Positions 19,217-31,266 of a stretch of 64,000 nt of DNA are shown here, one piece after another. Under the pieces are notes generated by a model. That model was not told the DNA's origin. It made no database searches and saw only the letters and a list, made by a program, of their open reading frames with translations. Source of the stretch: an uncultured Puniceicoccaceae bacterium (lineage in GTDB: Bacteria; Verrucomicrobiota; Verrucomicrobiia; Opitutales; Coraliomargaritaceae); the NCBI GenBank assembly GCA_905479975.1, contig CAJQOS010000025.1:25-64024 (forward strand), given 5' to 3'. Numbering within the stretch: the first letter of the stretch is position 1; every line of letters starts with the position of its first letter. A program made the position numbers and the translations under genes.

Positions 19217-19993
19217 TTACGCCCAGACCTTCCATGGTGCCTTGCCGGACTTCCAGAGCTCTTCAAGAACCATTTTGTCACGCAACGTATCCATCGGCTG
19301 CCAGAAGCCATCGTGGCGATACGCAGCCATTTGACCTTCTCTCGCGAGGTCTCGCATAGGAGATTTCTCCCATGGCTCCGAATCCGAGGGGATGTAATCG
19401 ATCACCTTTGGCTCGAGGATAAAAAAGCCACCATTAATCCAAGCACCATCCCCTTGTGGCTTCTCGACAAAATCACAAATTTTCTTTTCATCGGGGCCTA
19501 GCGCGAATGCACCAAACCGCCCGGGAGGCTTGATTGCGGTCAATGTCGCCAGACAGTCCTGCTCATGATGGTATTTGATTGATTCTGTAATATTTACGTC
19601 CGACACACCATCGCCATAGGTCATGCAGAATGTTTCGTCATCAAGATACTTGCGGATCCGGCGTAGACGCCCCCCCGTCATGCTCGTGAGCCCCGTATCA
19701 ACACAAGTCACCTTCCACGGTTCGGCCGTGTGATGATGCACCTCCATGCTGTTGTTCTGCAAATCGAAGGTTACATCTGCATTCGCAAGAAAAGAGTCTG
19801 CAAAATACTGCTTGATTATGAAACTCTTGTATCCGCAAGCGACCACGAAATCAGTTATCCCATGGTGCGCATATATTTTCATAATATGCCAGAGAATCGG
19901 TTGCGCTCCAATCTCAACCATAGGCTTCGGACGAACCGAACTCTCCTCACTAATGCGCGTCCCGTATCCACCTGCTAAAATCACTGCTTTCAT
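19217..19993 (-). CDS. rfbF: Glucose-1-phosphate cytidylyltransferase
   Basis: [17 protein letters not shown]...[32 protein letters not shown]. Confidence 0.97.
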   Translation of the reverse strand: MKAVILAGGYGTRISEESSVRPKPMVEIGAQPILWHIMKIYAHHGITDFVVACGYKSFIIKQYFADSFLANADVTFDLQNNSMEVHHHTAEPWKVTCVDTGLTSMTGGRLRRIRKYLDDETFCMTYGDGVSDVNITESIKYHHEQDCLATLTAIKPPGRFGAFALGPDEKKICDFVEKPQGDGAWINGGFFILEPKVIDYIPSDSEPWEKSPMRDLAREGQMAAYRHDGFWQPMDTLRDKMVLEELWKSGKAPWKVWA

Positions 19994-20215
19994 TTGTATG
20001 CTCGTAAGGATTTGATTCGACGAATTTATAAAGTTACTAAATAACGATTGCTAATAAGCCCTCTTGACTTAATTATAATGCGCGATTCTTGCAAACGACT
20101 TCCCCATAAAAATGACAACTCAGTCGCCCCATGGACGAGGCCTAGCTTCCGAATAAATTACTGCTTTTCTTTTCATACGCGCAGCCTCGGGCCCCTAATA
20201 CGCGACTAACACACA

Positions 20216-21049
20216 TCATCTGGTAAATATTCGTCGATAAGTCGCCAGCCAGGCCAATGGCCAGGTTGCACCACCGTGTTTATTGAGGAAGTAGGCCCAT
20301 TCCTTCAACGGCAGCCCCTTCGGTGTATTCACCCGCTTGTACCTTTCCCTTAGGGTTACCGATTCATACCAGGCACTCACCGGTGGATTGCGACTGCACT
20401 CGCCATGAAAACCGCACCCGACCAACACCGCGACACCAGCACGAACAGCACGAAGGCCATAGTCATAATCACCCATAGAATGAGAAAAGCGCTCATCGAT
20501 TCCTCCCAGAACATTCGCGGCAGTATTTGAGATCAATACAATATTCCCATTCATCGTATGGCATGCTTGCACTTTGGATTGAGGATGTAGGCGTTTAAAT
20601 TTCCCGGCATGCCACGAGGACGCAGCGATTAGCCCGCCATACGTGCATTCCCCCGAATCGGGATCTCGAGTAGATCCCACCACAATCCTCCCCTGCAAAC
20701 TCTCAGTAACTTCGGCGTCTTGAATCAGAGAAGATAGAGCATTCGGGTAGAGTATAGTATCATCATTCAGCCAAAGATAGTAATCAGCACCTCGATCGCA
20801 TGCTTCTTTAAAAGCTGCAGCCATACCTCGGTTCCAATACAGCAATCCATTTCCCCTTAAAACGGTGACGGATCCCTTAAACGCATCCGCAACTGCCCCT
20901 GCAGTGCCATCTTCGCTGCCGTCATCCATCAGCACAGCACTTAAATCCACATTCTGCCCCTGAATGAAAAATGACCTCAAGGCGCGAAGCGTTTGCTCTC
21001 GACGGTTGAAAGCGGTCAGCACCGCACATATTTTGAGTGGTGTATTCAT
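20216..21049 (-). CDS. GT2 family glycosyltransferase
   Basis: [34 protein letters not shown]. Confidence 0.9.
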   Translation of the reverse strand: MNTPLKICAVLTAFNRREQTLRALRSFFIQGQNVDLSAVLMDDGSEDGTAGAVADAFKGSVTVLRGNGLLYWNRGMAAAFKEACDRGADYYLWLNDDTILYPNALSSLIQDAEVTESLQGRIVVGSTRDPDSGECTYGGLIAASSWHAGKFKRLHPQSKVQACHTMNGNIVLISNTAANVLGGIDERFSHSMGDYDYGLRAVRAGVAVLVGCGFHGECSRNPPVSAWYESVTLRERYKRVNTPKGLPLKEWAYFLNKHGGATWPLAWLATYRRIFTR

Positions 21050-22365
21050 ATGTTGGCGTTCACGGTATCGGAATCTCTCAACCAGGCGATTGCCGAGCCT
21101 AGAAAAATAGCCTGTATATAATCAGATCCATACACGAGATAATAAACTAGCTGAGATGCGATTATCACTGCCATACACAGCAAAATCGGATGCGCAGCCT
21201 CATCCTTTTTAGCATGCTGGAGCAGTCCACGAAAGAGGATTCCATATAGTGCGATAAGCGCCAATAAACCGAGTGCACCACCCCGCAAGAGCGTCTGTAC
21301 GTAGAAATTGTGTGGCGACTCAGTGCGCGCTACCGGAACACCATCACTCGTTAGAGTGATACGATCATATCCGGTTCCAAAAGGATTTCCAATCAGCACC
21401 TCACGGACCGAATCCATCTGCTCGCCTGTCAACAAGCCAATCCATCCCTGGACTCGCCAAGAAAAAGTGCTAGTGCCAGCGCCAGCGCTGGTATCAAGAG
21501 AGCTTGAGACAGCCTCTTCATAGGAATCCGACAACGCTTCAAATATAGTCGCGCCGAAAAGAACCGTGCACAATCCGCCAAAGACCACCGTACCGATCAC
21601 TCCCCACTTGATCAGCGCACTCCTCAAAGAGGGCAAAAGCCATAAAACAAGAGCAAATGAGGTGATCATCACCACCCAGACGCTTCGATGCTGGAGGACG
21701 ATCAGTAAGGGAAAGAGCGTCACTAAAAATGGAATGGAATATGGATGCAAGTCCCCGCGACTATGTATGAAGATGGCAATCAACAGCACTTGAAGTATGA
21801 ACAGTGTGTGCGCCGCATCGATAGGGCGCCCTCCTCCGCGTGAGAAATCGCCATCCATAAAACCGATGATGGCGATCACGGTTAGACAAGACACCCCAAA
21901 TAAAAACAGTTTTTCGACATTCATCCAGACCCTCGCGATATTGAGCGATGCAACGTATGTGGCTGTACAGATTATATAGAAGTAGCCCCTGAATTCGTTG
22001 GTCGCCGCTTGCAGACCGAATTCTCGGACTCCGAGTATATAATTCAAACCAACAGCACTCGACCACAGTAACAGAATCAAAAGCACCACATCCTTCCGTC
22101 CAAAACCATCGCGCAAGCGAAAAAAAACAAATGGAAAAGCTAGACAGAGGAGGATGGGGGCGACCACGTCGATTGCGTTGATGGAGATTCCACCCAAATT
22201 AACAGCAGGCAATAGCCCCGAATCAAATAAGCTTGAAGCGACAAAAATCAGGACAAGCACCCAGAGCAACAAGATCGGCCTATTTTCGAGGATCCGAACC
22301 ACTGGGATAACCAGCAAAGCTCCCAAACATGCCAAGACGAATAATATGACTAGATAAATTAACAT
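21046..22365 (-). CDS. wzy: O-antigen polymerase/ligase family protein (Wzy)
   Basis: About 10-12 TM segments; [33 protein letters not shown] Wzy_C-type motif. Confidence 0.8.
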   Translation of the reverse strand: MLIYLVILFVLACLGALLVIPVVRILENRPILLLWVLVLIFVASSLFDSGLLPAVNLGGISINAIDVVAPILLCLAFPFVFFRLRDGFGRKDVVLLILLLWSSAVGLNYILGVREFGLQAATNEFRGYFYIICTATYVASLNIARVWMNVEKLFLFGVSCLTVIAIIGFMDGDFSRGGGRPIDAAHTLFILQVLLIAIFIHSRGDLHPYSIPFLVTLFPLLIVLQHRSVWVVMITSFALVLWLLPSLRSALIKWGVIGTVVFGGLCTVLFGATIFEALSDSYEEAVSSSLDTSAGAGTSTFSWRVQGWIGLLTGEQMDSVREVLIGNPFGTGYDRITLTSDGVPVARTESPHNFYVQTLLRGGALGLLALIALYGILFRGLLQHAKKDEAAHPILLCMAVIIASQLVYYLVYGSDYIQAIFLGSAIAWLRDSDTVNANI

Positions 22366-22428
22366 TTCCCTAATGTCCTAGATGTCGTTTCCAGCACCAA
22401 AAAACCAACTGATCCCTGCAGTTGCAAA

Positions 22429-23616
22429 TCAGTTCACGAACCGCTGCGACATACTTTTCTGTGATCGTATTTCCTCGTACCCATCAAGGTATCTGCTGGC
22501 GACAGCTGACATTTGAAAGTTCTCTTTCGCATATGCATGCCCCGCGTTTGAAAATCGCTGCCAAGCGGATTCTTCAGTTAGTAGTGAAGTCATGCCAACG
22601 GCGATCGAATCAGCATCACCCACATCAACCAGCAAGCCTGCTCGCCCCTCGTCGAGCACCCAAGGCACCGCCCCGCTACGCACTCCACCAATAACCGGCA
22701 CCCCCTTTGCCATGGCCTCGATGAGAACCATGCCAAAAGATTCCTCATGCGAAGGATGCACCAACAAGCTAGCCTCGCTGAGGTGAGCCTGAGCTTCCGA
22801 GTAGTCCATGTCGCCGAGAAAATCGACACGTTCATCAAGCTGGCGTTCGATTGCCCATCGATGACCTTCACCACCTTTTTCGGAGCCAGAGCCGATCAAC
22901 TGAAGACGTACATTAGGTTGTGTTATCCGAACTTGGTTAAACGCCTGCAGCAGAGAGGGTAGGTTTTTCCGCTTAAAGAAGCCACGGTTAATGGCCACGA
23001 CTGTTCTCGATTCGTCCCGCCCTTTCCACTGGGCAACCGGATTGAACGACTCACTGGGGATCCCATTTGGTATAAGATCGACGGAATTAAAGGTCCAATG
23101 CTCGATCATCTGTTTCACGTAGGGTGAATTCACGCTAAAGTGCTTTCCCTTCAAGTAGACCGCTGCCGCCATCGAAAAACGAATCAGTCGATAGGCGTCG
23201 GGCATTTGCCACAGAATCGCCGGAGCCCAATCACGCACGCTAATCAGGGCGTCCTTATCTATACTCAATGCCGCCAGCGCGAACTCATAGGTCCAATGCG
23301 CGTTGAGTATATCACAAGGCTCATTTTCCAACGCTGACCTAAGGTCCGCACGTTCCAATTTAAAAAAGTCTCGAGCGCGATGGCTCTGGCGATAGCGTCC
23401 TAGGCGAATTTTTAAAGCTCCAAAATCCCATGCCGCGGGTTCACTGATTTGTGAACTCAAACCGAACACAACGACTTCGTGCCCTGCCGCCAGAAAAGCA
23501 GCGACCAGCATCGAGTTCATTGGAATTCCATATGCCGCAGGTAATACGTCTTTATCCAAGTCCAACGTTTCCGCGAGCAAAGCGGTATCAATCGGGCCTA
23601 CAAATCCTATTTTCAT
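22429..23616 (-). CDS. GT4 family glycosyltransferase
   Basis: [39 protein letters not shown]. Confidence 0.9.
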   Translation of the reverse strand: MKIGFVGPIDTALLAETLDLDKDVLPAAYGIPMNSMLVAAFLAAGHEVVVFGLSSQISEPAAWDFGALKIRLGRYRQSHRARDFFKLERADLRSALENEPCDILNAHWTYEFALAALSIDKDALISVRDWAPAILWQMPDAYRLIRFSMAAAVYLKGKHFSVNSPYVKQMIEHWTFNSVDLIPNGIPSESFNPVAQWKGRDESRTVVAINRGFFKRKNLPSLLQAFNQVRITQPNVRLQLIGSGSEKGGEGHRWAIERQLDERVDFLGDMDYSEAQAHLSEASLLVHPSHEESFGMVLIEAMAKGVPVIGGVRSGAVPWVLDEGRAGLLVDVGDADSIAVGMTSLLTEESAWQRFSNAGHAYAKENFQMSAVASRYLDGYEEIRSQKSMSQRFVN

Positions 23617-23640
23617 CTTATCTGTTCTCGTGCACTGATG

Positions 23641-25197
23641 TTAGCGAGTGGTTTGCACCGCGCTGGGCAGCAATGGGAATCGTCCGATTGCCTTGAAGAT
23701 CTGAGCTTTGAAGCCCGGCAGGAAAAATAGCACCAGCAAGCCGAACGGGATGGCCGCGCAGGCCGTGTAGAGCAGGAAACGGGGCCAGCTATCGACTACA
23801 AACAAAGTGGCCGCCAGATAGATCGGCCCGAGTAACAGCGCCAGCGGCGCCCATTGCCACAGCAACGGACTCAGTGCCTGGGCGATCAAAACACCCTTGC
23901 GGCGGAAAATATAGATGTACCGAAACTGCGCCAGCAAGCCCGCGATGATGATTGCCAAGGGCACGCCGAGCAGACCAACGGCATAGATACCCAAAACAAT
24001 GAGAAAAATGCGGACTGTTTGTTCAAAAAACTGGGTAAATCCTATCGCGCGAATTTCTCCCATTGAAACGCCCAAACCGACAAACAGACTGTTGCGAACT
24101 TGAATAAAGGATGCCAATGCGGCGAGACAGGTAAACAGCTGCCCGGCAAACTGCGTCTCAGATAACCAAATCGCGATAAAGCCATGATTGAAAAAAGCAT
24201 ACAACGAGACGCCCACCCCTGATGCGACGAAATAGCCACGGGCTAATTGTGCCAAGGTCTGACATCGGCGTTCGTTGCCAACTTCGGGATCACTAAAATA
24301 GTGACTACACGCGCCATAGAGCCCCGACAGAGCATGGTTAATAAAGCTCTGCAGCATCTGCACCACACGCAGCGTTACCGTGAAGGCGACGGTCGCCTCT
24401 GGGCCGATCGCGCGGGTAATCAGAACGGCTGGCAAATTTTGCGCCAACTGGCCGCTCGCTTTGGCCGCCAAGATAGCGGGTGTCATCGACATGTAATCCT
24501 TGAAAATGACTGCAGACCAGCAATTGCGCTGCCCTAGCGAGCGTAGAATCAGTAGCGTATGCATCAGGTTGATCACGAATGGCACGAGCGTGCGCAAGAG
24601 CGCACCCACGACCAAGGCCCAGAGGCCCAGCTCAAATACAACCAACGCCAACAGGATGCCAACCAAACTCACCAAGTCGCCTAAAGTCTGCGCGAAAACT
24701 GGAATATGATTCCGCTGCAGGGCGGATGCAAAATTGCGCATAAAGTCGTTTGCAAAATGAACTATCGACGCAATCGCGGTCGCATAATAGCAGTGGATAA
24801 TAATCCGCTGAAAGACTTGATCGACCTCCAACAAATTGAATATAAAAAATCCAACTGCCAGAATGACGATCGAAAATAACGTCAGAACCCCGACCATGAC
24901 AACCGCACCATGCCAGAAATATAGGGTCACTGGGGCGAACTCCTTACGCCCAAAAGCAGCCGCACACCTCTGAAGCGTGACTACCGAAACGCCCACATCG
25001 ACCATTGAAATCAATGCTAGAACACCACCCGTTGCTAACCAAAAACCATACAGTCGATCTCCCAAATAGTGCAAATAAAGAGGGATCATGAGCAAGCCCT
25101 GAACGATAAGAATCAGATTACTCAGCCATCCGCCAGTGATATGCCAGATGACTGCTTTTTTGCGTTCAGCGCGCAAGCTAAAGTCGATTTCTCTCAT
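23641..25197 (-). CDS. wzx: Polysaccharide flippase (Wzx/MATE-like)
   Basis: About 12-14 TM segments; PLYLHYLGDRLYGFW...DVG N-terminal flippase motif. Confidence 0.8.
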   Translation of the reverse strand: MREIDFSLRAERKKAVIWHITGGWLSNLILIVQGLLMIPLYLHYLGDRLYGFWLATGGVLALISMVDVGVSVVTLQRCAAAFGRKEFAPVTLYFWHGAVVMVGVLTLFSIVILAVGFFIFNLLEVDQVFQRIIIHCYYATAIASIVHFANDFMRNFASALQRNHIPVFAQTLGDLVSLVGILLALVVFELGLWALVVGALLRTLVPFVINLMHTLLILRSLGQRNCWSAVIFKDYMSMTPAILAAKASGQLAQNLPAVLITRAIGPEATVAFTVTLRVVQMLQSFINHALSGLYGACSHYFSDPEVGNERRCQTLAQLARGYFVASGVGVSLYAFFNHGFIAIWLSETQFAGQLFTCLAALASFIQVRNSLFVGLGVSMGEIRAIGFTQFFEQTVRIFLIVLGIYAVGLLGVPLAIIIAGLLAQFRYIYIFRRKGVLIAQALSPLLWQWAPLALLLGPIYLAATLFVVDSWPRFLLYTACAAIPFGLLVLFFLPGFKAQIFKAIGRFPLLPSAVQTTR

Positions 25198-25385
25198 AAT
25201 TACTCTGAACTTTTAAAGCTGAGCCGACAGCCATGCTGCCGCCATTGGTTAGTCTGCGAACCAGAACAAAACCTTTGTTGTTTGAAAAACGCTTCGTGAC
25301 ATTTTCAAAACGATCGAATAGCGAATGCTTCCAAATGGAAGCACCCTATGTGTTAGGACAGAGGCGCTTGAAGCGCTGCATTTGC

Positions 25386-27614
25386 TTAAGAAGCCTGGTC
25401 ATAATATCCCTTATATTTCTTGCGATTCTTCTCATAGCCAGCCCCATAATGGTTCCGACTATGGTTTCCGTAGCCCACTGCAGCGGGAACATTCTTGATC
25501 CCATTAAAAACAACCCCAAGCACCGCTGCATTCGTATGCTCCATTAGACTGATTGAATTACGTACCTTGGATCGGGTTGCATGATACTGACGAGCGACAA
25601 ACACGCAGGTATCCGCATATTCAGCGACCAACGTTGCATCGGAAAAAAGACCCACTGGCGCGGTATCATAAATCACAACATCATACTTCGCCTTCAAACG
25701 TTCAAACAGTTTTGCGACTTTTCGATCCCCCAGCACTTCAGTCGCGTGACTGCTAGTGCCACCGCTTGGAAGCAGTGACAGGTTACCATTAATGGCAACA
25801 ATCCCCAACAACATTGCCAATTCCTTGTCCCCGGTCGGATCGTCCAGATGCACCGCTTCTTTGTACCAGGAGAGTAGGCCGAGATCGTTATTCTTTTCAA
25901 ACGCCGATTGTAGAGTTGAGCGCCTCAAATCACAATCAACCAGAAGCACCTTGTAACCATGCGATGAAAAGATGCCGGCAAGATTACTCGAGACCACCGA
26001 CTTACCTTCGCTCGGCAAGGAACTAGTGACCAGAATCGATAGCGTCTCTTCACCCAAATTGTTTTTTAGCCGTAAGTTCGTGTAGATCAAACGAAACGAT
26101 TCGACCAAATCCTCATCGTTGCGCAAGACCGCCTGCGAAAGTTCCCGAATGTCCTTTTTGGGAAAGAATCGCAAGTCCCCGAGTAAAGGTTTTCCAGAGT
26201 AAAACTCGATATCAGAAAAACTGCTCAGGCGATTATCCAGTAATTCAATTCCAAGTGGAACCCCGACCAGAAAAACACCTCCCAAAAAAAGAGCTCCCGC
26301 AAGAACCTGCACTCGGGAAAGTGCATTGGACGTGCTAGGTAATCGCGCCCGATTCAAAACACGCACATTGTTCAAATCAATCTTCTGTGCGATATTCGTC
26401 TCATTGTAACGCGTCGAGAGCAAGTCGAGCATACGATGTAAGTTTTCCACGCTTCGCTCCTGACGCTTGTAAACCAGCAAAGACCGTTCGGTATCCAAGA
26501 CCGCTTGCTCGGCCTGACTCGTCTTCTGATCAAGAATGCTTAACTCGAAGCGAATTGCGGAGCATTCACTCTCGACCTGTTTACAGGCATGCTCGACCGA
26601 GAGAGCTAGGGCGGCGGATACCGATTGCTGTGAGGCCTCGTTTTCCAGAACCCTTGGATGACGCTTCAGATAGGTTGCGTCCAAGGCCTGACGCTCACGC
26701 TTCAACTCATTGAGCTGATTATAGATTGAGTTAATATTAGTTAGCCCCCCGATGAACGGAATCTCCAGCAAGCGATCGAGATCATTCTGCGCCTTCTCAA
26801 TCTGCTCCACCCGGCTTTCCGCTTCTAGCAAGCGGATACTCGCATTGGTTTCAGCATCGCTCAATCGGCGCAAGCGCTCAACCACGATTCCTTTATCCTG
26901 CTGTAAGGTAAACAGATTATGCTCCCAGCGAAATTCTTGCAGCTCCGTCTCTGCCTCTTCCAGTTCGTCGCGCAACAGCTTGACTTGCCGGCCAAGAAAG
27001 TCAGATGCCTCGCTGGTGGAGGTGCTTCTCAAGCTTGCAATGTAGTTAATAAATCCATCCACGTAAGCATTGGCCAATCTTTGCGCCATAGCCGCATTCG
27101 GGTGGCTGATGACCAAACGGATCAACTGCGATCCGTCATCTTCGCCGCGGTCGACAGTCAGTGCGTACTTCATCATCAATCCCGCTGAATCGGGCTCCTC
27201 TGCATCGATCGGACGCTCACTCTCAGGGACGACATAGGGCATTAGGAAGTCCTGTAGTTCCTCTGCGCTCAATGAATCGACTACCGCCTCGGCAAGTTCG
27301 CGGGTTTTAAGCCGCTGCACATAGGTATTCATGTAGGTATTCAACAGGTTGACGTTCGTCACGCGGGTATCATCGTCCCTGCGGATATCCATCATATTCT
27401 TGCTATTCAACTCGACGATCATCGATGCTTGAGCCTCATAAACGTCCTCTCTCGATACAACCGCGTAAATAAATAATAAGGCGAATGCAGCCCCGGCAAA
27501 AAAACCCGTCTTCCACCGATTGCGGATAATATAGAGTATATCAATCAGACTGATTAATTTGGCATTTGCATCCGCTTCAAAACCAGGACGTTTGTTTTTT
27601 TTGCGCTTAGCCAT
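25386..27614 (-). CDS. wzc: Polysaccharide co-polymerase/tyrosine autokinase (Wzc/GumC)
   Basis: Two TMs flanking a coiled-coil periplasmic region; Walker A SSLPSEGKS; LVDCDLRR; YDTAP; Tyr-rich tail YGNH..HYGAGY..KYKGYY. Confidence 0.93.
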   Translation of the reverse strand: MAKRKKNKRPGFEADANAKLISLIDILYIIRNRWKTGFFAGAAFALLFIYAVVSREDVYEAQASMIVELNSKNMMDIRRDDDTRVTNVNLLNTYMNTYVQRLKTRELAEAVVDSLSAEELQDFLMPYVVPESERPIDAEEPDSAGLMMKYALTVDRGEDDGSQLIRLVISHPNAAMAQRLANAYVDGFINYIASLRSTSTSEASDFLGRQVKLLRDELEEAETELQEFRWEHNLFTLQQDKGIVVERLRRLSDAETNASIRLLEAESRVEQIEKAQNDLDRLLEIPFIGGLTNINSIYNQLNELKRERQALDATYLKRHPRVLENEASQQSVSAALALSVEHACKQVESECSAIRFELSILDQKTSQAEQAVLDTERSLLVYKRQERSVENLHRMLDLLSTRYNETNIAQKIDLNNVRVLNRARLPSTSNALSRVQVLAGALFLGGVFLVGVPLGIELLDNRLSSFSDIEFYSGKPLLGDLRFFPKKDIRELSQAVLRNDEDLVESFRLIYTNLRLKNNLGEETLSILVTSSLPSEGKSVVSSNLAGIFSSHGYKVLLVDCDLRRSTLQSAFEKNNDLGLLSWYKEAVHLDDPTGDKELAMLLGIVAINGNLSLLPSGGTSSHATEVLGDRKVAKLFERLKAKYDVVIYDTAPVGLFSDATLVAEYADTCVFVARQYHATRSKVRNSISLMEHTNAAVLGVVFNGIKNVPAAVGYGNHSRNHYGAGYEKNRKKYKGYYDQAS

Positions 27615-27635
27615 ACAATAGAGACATCTGATCGA

Positions 27636-28331
27636 TTAAAAGACACGTCGGGGCACAAAAATCACGTCATCGGGGTACACTAAGAAACCAGACTTCGGGG
27701 CACTACTCCCCTTTGATTTCAATATCTTGTCTACGTTTACGACTGCTCTGCCGCTCGAACCCGCAACGGCAGCAGCACGTGTGACGTTCACTTCGGTGGT
27801 CTTCGCAGTGCCGGTAAAACCGCCGGCCCCCGCAATCGCGATTTGAACCGGGATGCCGTTGCGCCCCGGTGGAATTTCAATCGATCCCGGCGACTCGACC
27901 TCGCCCAATACGGTGACTACCTTTGAGGCAAACTCTTTGATGCTGATCGTTATAATCGGATTACGCAGATACTGCTGTTCCACAAAAGATCTTTCGATTT
28001 TTTGTGCCGCGGCGGAAACCGTCAACCCACCCACTGGGACTTCACCGATAAGCGGAACCGAAAGCATGCCTTTGTCTGAAATACGCTGCTCGCTGTCTAA
28101 GTCTTTTTCGCCGTAAACAGTGACTTTCAACAAGTCAAACGGGGACAGCTTATAAACGACCTCTTTTTCCCGATGAACCTCGGGCTGAGCCCTGAAGGTT
28201 CGTGACGACCGCTCAGCCCCCTGAATGCACGTCAGAGTCCCCAGGAACAAACACACCAAGGCAGCCCATAGCCAGCATTGCCTACAACATCGACGCTGAA
28301 AAGCGCTTTGATATTCGGTAACGGTGTCCAT
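27636..28331 (-). CDS. wza: Polysaccharide biosynthesis/export protein (Wza-like, SLBB)
   Basis: YKLSPFDLLKVTVYGEKDL, G.LSVPLIGEV, VLGEVESPG, IAGAGG, PDDVIFVP. Confidence 0.9.
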   Translation of the reverse strand: MDTVTEYQSAFQRRCCRQCWLWAALVCLFLGTLTCIQGAERSSRTFRAQPEVHREKEVVYKLSPFDLLKVTVYGEKDLDSEQRISDKGMLSVPLIGEVPVGGLTVSAAAQKIERSFVEQQYLRNPIITISIKEFASKVVTVLGEVESPGSIEIPPGRNGIPVQIAIAGAGGFTGTAKTTEVNVTRAAAVAGSSGRAVVNVDKILKSKGSSAPKSGFLVYPDDVIFVPRRVF

Positions 28332-28343
28332 GGGATTGAAAGG

Positions 28344-29546
28344 TCAAAATAGATAAGAAATCGAAATTTTAGCCGACAGCACGTCGTAGGTTGAGCGATC
28401 TTCACTTGAATCACGATCAGCATACCTCAAGCCGCCTTCAATCTCAAGCTGATCCGTGATTAGTGTATAGACACTACCAATGTCTACCGTGTATTGATCA
28501 TCGTCTCGATCATTCGAGTATTTCACATCCTCATAGCCCAAGCCTGCCAACGCGCGAATTTTATCTGAGAACTGGTGCTCGACACCCACTTCGACGAAAA
28601 ACGTCTCCTTGGACACGTCATCAATTGTCGTATCAAACCCATTACCTGCCGACAATTCTACTGTGGTCAAATCCGAAGCCACCCAGCTCAACAGCGATTC
28701 CATGAAAAATTGAGTTTCGTCGTCATAAGAGGCATCATCGAATTGACGCTCTTGCCCACCCACACGAATCTCAACGGTCACGGACGGAGCCACTTGCCCC
28801 ACCGCCGCGAGATAGACTGCATGGTCGGTGCTGTCAGCCTCTGGCTCTGTTGTGTCACTGCTCACATCCGTATCCGTGTAGCGGTAACCGATACCATAGC
28901 TCAGGTCTTCACTATAATCATAATAGAACTCGACCGGCACCTCGATCCGTTCCACATCGTCATAACCCGAGCTCTGCGACTGTTTATCAAGATACTCAAC
29001 ACCACTACGTAGGAAAGTCCGATCAGACACATAATAGCGCCCGATTGCGCTCAAATCGATTTCTTCGGTTTGTGTAATATCCTGCACCGAGTCGTTCGGC
29101 GAAGTACGCTCGTTGTAGCCGCCTGCCAAACGCACATCGTAGCGCTTTTTTTCATCGTAATCCCCGTACGGAAAATCAATCACAACACGACTTTTGATGT
29201 CCTCCGCGTCATTATCGTCGAAATCATCGAATCGAATAACATTCACCCCCGCATGCGCTTCTACCCGAACAGTTCCTTGATCAAAACGGTACCGTAGCCG
29301 CGGCAGTAACTGAAAGATCGTGTCCTCCTCTTCATCACTATTGCGGAAGATATTAGAAGAATGCGTCAGACTACTCTGAACATCCACGGCAACAGCCCCA
29401 TAATTGCCGAGTGCCAGCTCTGATGCCTGCAATGGCGCAGAGCTACTCAAAAACACCGCGACTCCAAAAATCGAAGCACATATTAAAGAGATATCTCTAC
29501 CTCTAGTTCCAAAATCCGCCTTCATTTGTCTAGTTTGTTTGATCAT
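28344..29546 (-). CDS. Outer-membrane beta-barrel protein associated with EPS export
   Basis: Signal peptide, amphipathic beta strands, C-terminal Phe (ISISYLF); first gene of the operon. The start is uncertain (29525, 29546 or 29582). Confidence 0.75.
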   Translation of the reverse strand: MIKQTRQMKADFGTRGRDISLICASIFGVAVFLSSSAPLQASELALGNYGAVAVDVQSSLTHSSNIFRNSDEEEDTIFQLLPRLRYRFDQGTVRVEAHAGVNVIRFDDFDDNDAEDIKSRVVIDFPYGDYDEKKRYDVRLAGGYNERTSPNDSVQDITQTEEIDLSAIGRYYVSDRTFLRSGVEYLDKQSQSSGYDDVERIEVPVEFYYDYSEDLSYGIGYRYTDTDVSSDTTEPEADSTDHAVYLAAVGQVAPSVTVEIRVGGQERQFDDASYDDETQFFMESLLSWVASDLTTVELSAGNGFDTTIDDVSKETFFVEVGVEHQFSDKIRALAGLGYEDVKYSNDRDDDQYTVDIGSVYTLITDQLEIEGGLRYADRDSSEDRSTYDVLSAKISISYLF

Positions 29547-29965
29547 ATTCTCTTTGCTTCTATTATGTGAATTCGGCCGCACCGATCATAGAAAAACAAG
29601 GAACTCATAGATCAAGAGTTCTCCTAGAACCGCCTCTGCCTGTTAGTTAGTTTAGCTGAAAGATTAAAAAAAAGGACTTAAACAGCAAGCGCAAACACCA
29701 CACATCTAACCAAATATCATAATTCAATCGCCAAAAAGAAACGTGCCGATCAATAACCACTATCAATTGGAACGTATAAACGCCACACGCACGTTAGTGG
29801 AACTTAGAATGCCCCGATAGCCCTCCAGCATGATGCCGACGCGGTTCAACGACCTTTTTAAAGGCAACAAAACAAACCTGCGCAGCCTCCGTCCCCAAAA
29901 ACCCGCAACTCTTGACCAAAACAGCCTTTACCTCCGAAAAGGATTCTGGAAACGTGCTCTCAATT

Positions 29966-31252
29966 ATGGCCGATACATCTAAGCTTTCTATTCTCGTCGT
30001 AGGTTCCGGAGGACGCGAACACGCCCTCGTGCAAATGTGCCTAAAGAGCCCGCTCACTGAACGCGTCATTGCCACACCGGGCAACGGCGGCATGGCATCC
30101 GAAGTCGATTGCTACAATGTAGGCGTCGAAGACATTGAAGGCATCGTCAAGCTTGCGCAGGACAACAACATCGGCCTCGTCGTCGTTGGCCCTGAAGTGC
30201 CACTCAGCATGGGTCTCGTTGATGCCCTTCAAGACGTCGGCATTCCAGCCTACGGCCCCAACGCACAAGGCGCGCAACTCGAATCCAGCAAAGTCTTCTG
30301 CAAAGACTTCTTCGCCCGCCACAACATCCCGACTGCGGAATACGGCAGCTTCACCGAAGTCGCCCCCGCGCTTGAATATTTAGAAACTCACCCCGCACCG
30401 ATTGTCATCAAAGCCAGCGGCCTCGCCGCCGGTAAAGGTGTGATCATGGCCGAGACACAGGACGAGGCGATCGCCGCAGTGAAAGACATGCTCGAAGGCA
30501 ATGCCTTCGGCGAAAGCGGTCACGAGATCGTGATCGAAGAAACTCTTTACGGCGAAGAAGCCTCCATCCACGCCATCGTATCGGGCGACGACTTTGTCTG
30601 CCTGCCACCGAGCCAAGATCACAAGCGCGCTGGCGAAGGCGACACTGGCCTCAACACTGGCGGCATGGGCGCTTACACACCGACCAGCCGCGTCACACCA
30701 GAGATGCAGGCTCAGATCGAAGCCCAAGTCATCCGCCCCACTCTCGACGGATTCAAAGCGGACGGCATTCACTTCTGCGGCACACTTTACGCAGGACTGA
30801 TGCTCACTCCAAAGGGTGTGCGCGTCCTCGAATACAACGTCCGCTTCGGCGATCCGGAAACACAAGTCCTCCTGCCAATGGTCGCAGACGATCTAGTGCC
30901 AGTGCTCCTCGCCTCCGCAAAGGGCGAGCCACTGCCAAAGAAGCTCAACTTCCACCCCGGCGCAGCCATCGTGATCGTGCTCGCAGCAGGCGGCTATCCC
31001 GGCAGCTACCCGAAGGGCGACACCATCACTTTCCCTGAAGCCACACCAGAGCGCTCTGCAATCGTCCACGCCGGCACAAACCGCGCAGAGGACGGCACCA
31101 TCACTACCTGCGGTGGACGCGTGCTCGGCATCAGCGGCCAAGCACCGAGCTTACAAGCCGCAGCCGACCTCGCCTACAGCGTGTGCGATCAAGTCAACTT
31201 CGATGGCAAATACCTACGCCGCGACATTGGCCATAAAGAGCTCAACCGCTAA
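29966..31252 (+). CDS. purD: Phosphoribosylamine--glycine ligase
   Basis: ILVVGSGGREHAL, VGPEVPL, LESSK, KASGLAAGKGV, QDHKR, NTGGMGAY, EYNVRFGDPETQ. Confidence 0.98.
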   Translation: MADTSKLSILVVGSGGREHALVQMCLKSPLTERVIATPGNGGMASEVDCYNVGVEDIEGIVKLAQDNNIGLVVVGPEVPLSMGLVDALQDVGIPAYGPNAQGAQLESSKVFCKDFFARHNIPTAEYGSFTEVAPALEYLETHPAPIVIKASGLAAGKGVIMAETQDEAIAAVKDMLEGNAFGESGHEIVIEETLYGEEASIHAIVSGDDFVCLPPSQDHKRAGEGDTGLNTGGMGAYTPTSRVTPEMQAQIEAQVIRPTLDGFKADGIHFCGTLYAGLMLTPKGVRVLEYNVRFGDPETQVLLPMVADDLVPVLLASAKGEPLPKKLNFHPGAAIVIVLAAGGYPGSYPKGDTITFPEATPERSAIVHAGTNRAEDGTITTCGGRVLGISGQAPSLQAAADLAYSVCDQVNFDGKYLRRDIGHKELNR

Positions 31253-31266
31253 GCCTTCGCCAAACC

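Noticed and set aside
20120-20176. Micro-ORF MKRKAVIYSEARPRPWGD after the GT2 gene
   Set aside because: It could be a truncated gene start but is too short to assign.
29629-29634. ops/JUMPstart element in the EPS leader
   Set aside because: Only GGCGGT matches; the rest of the ops consensus is absent.
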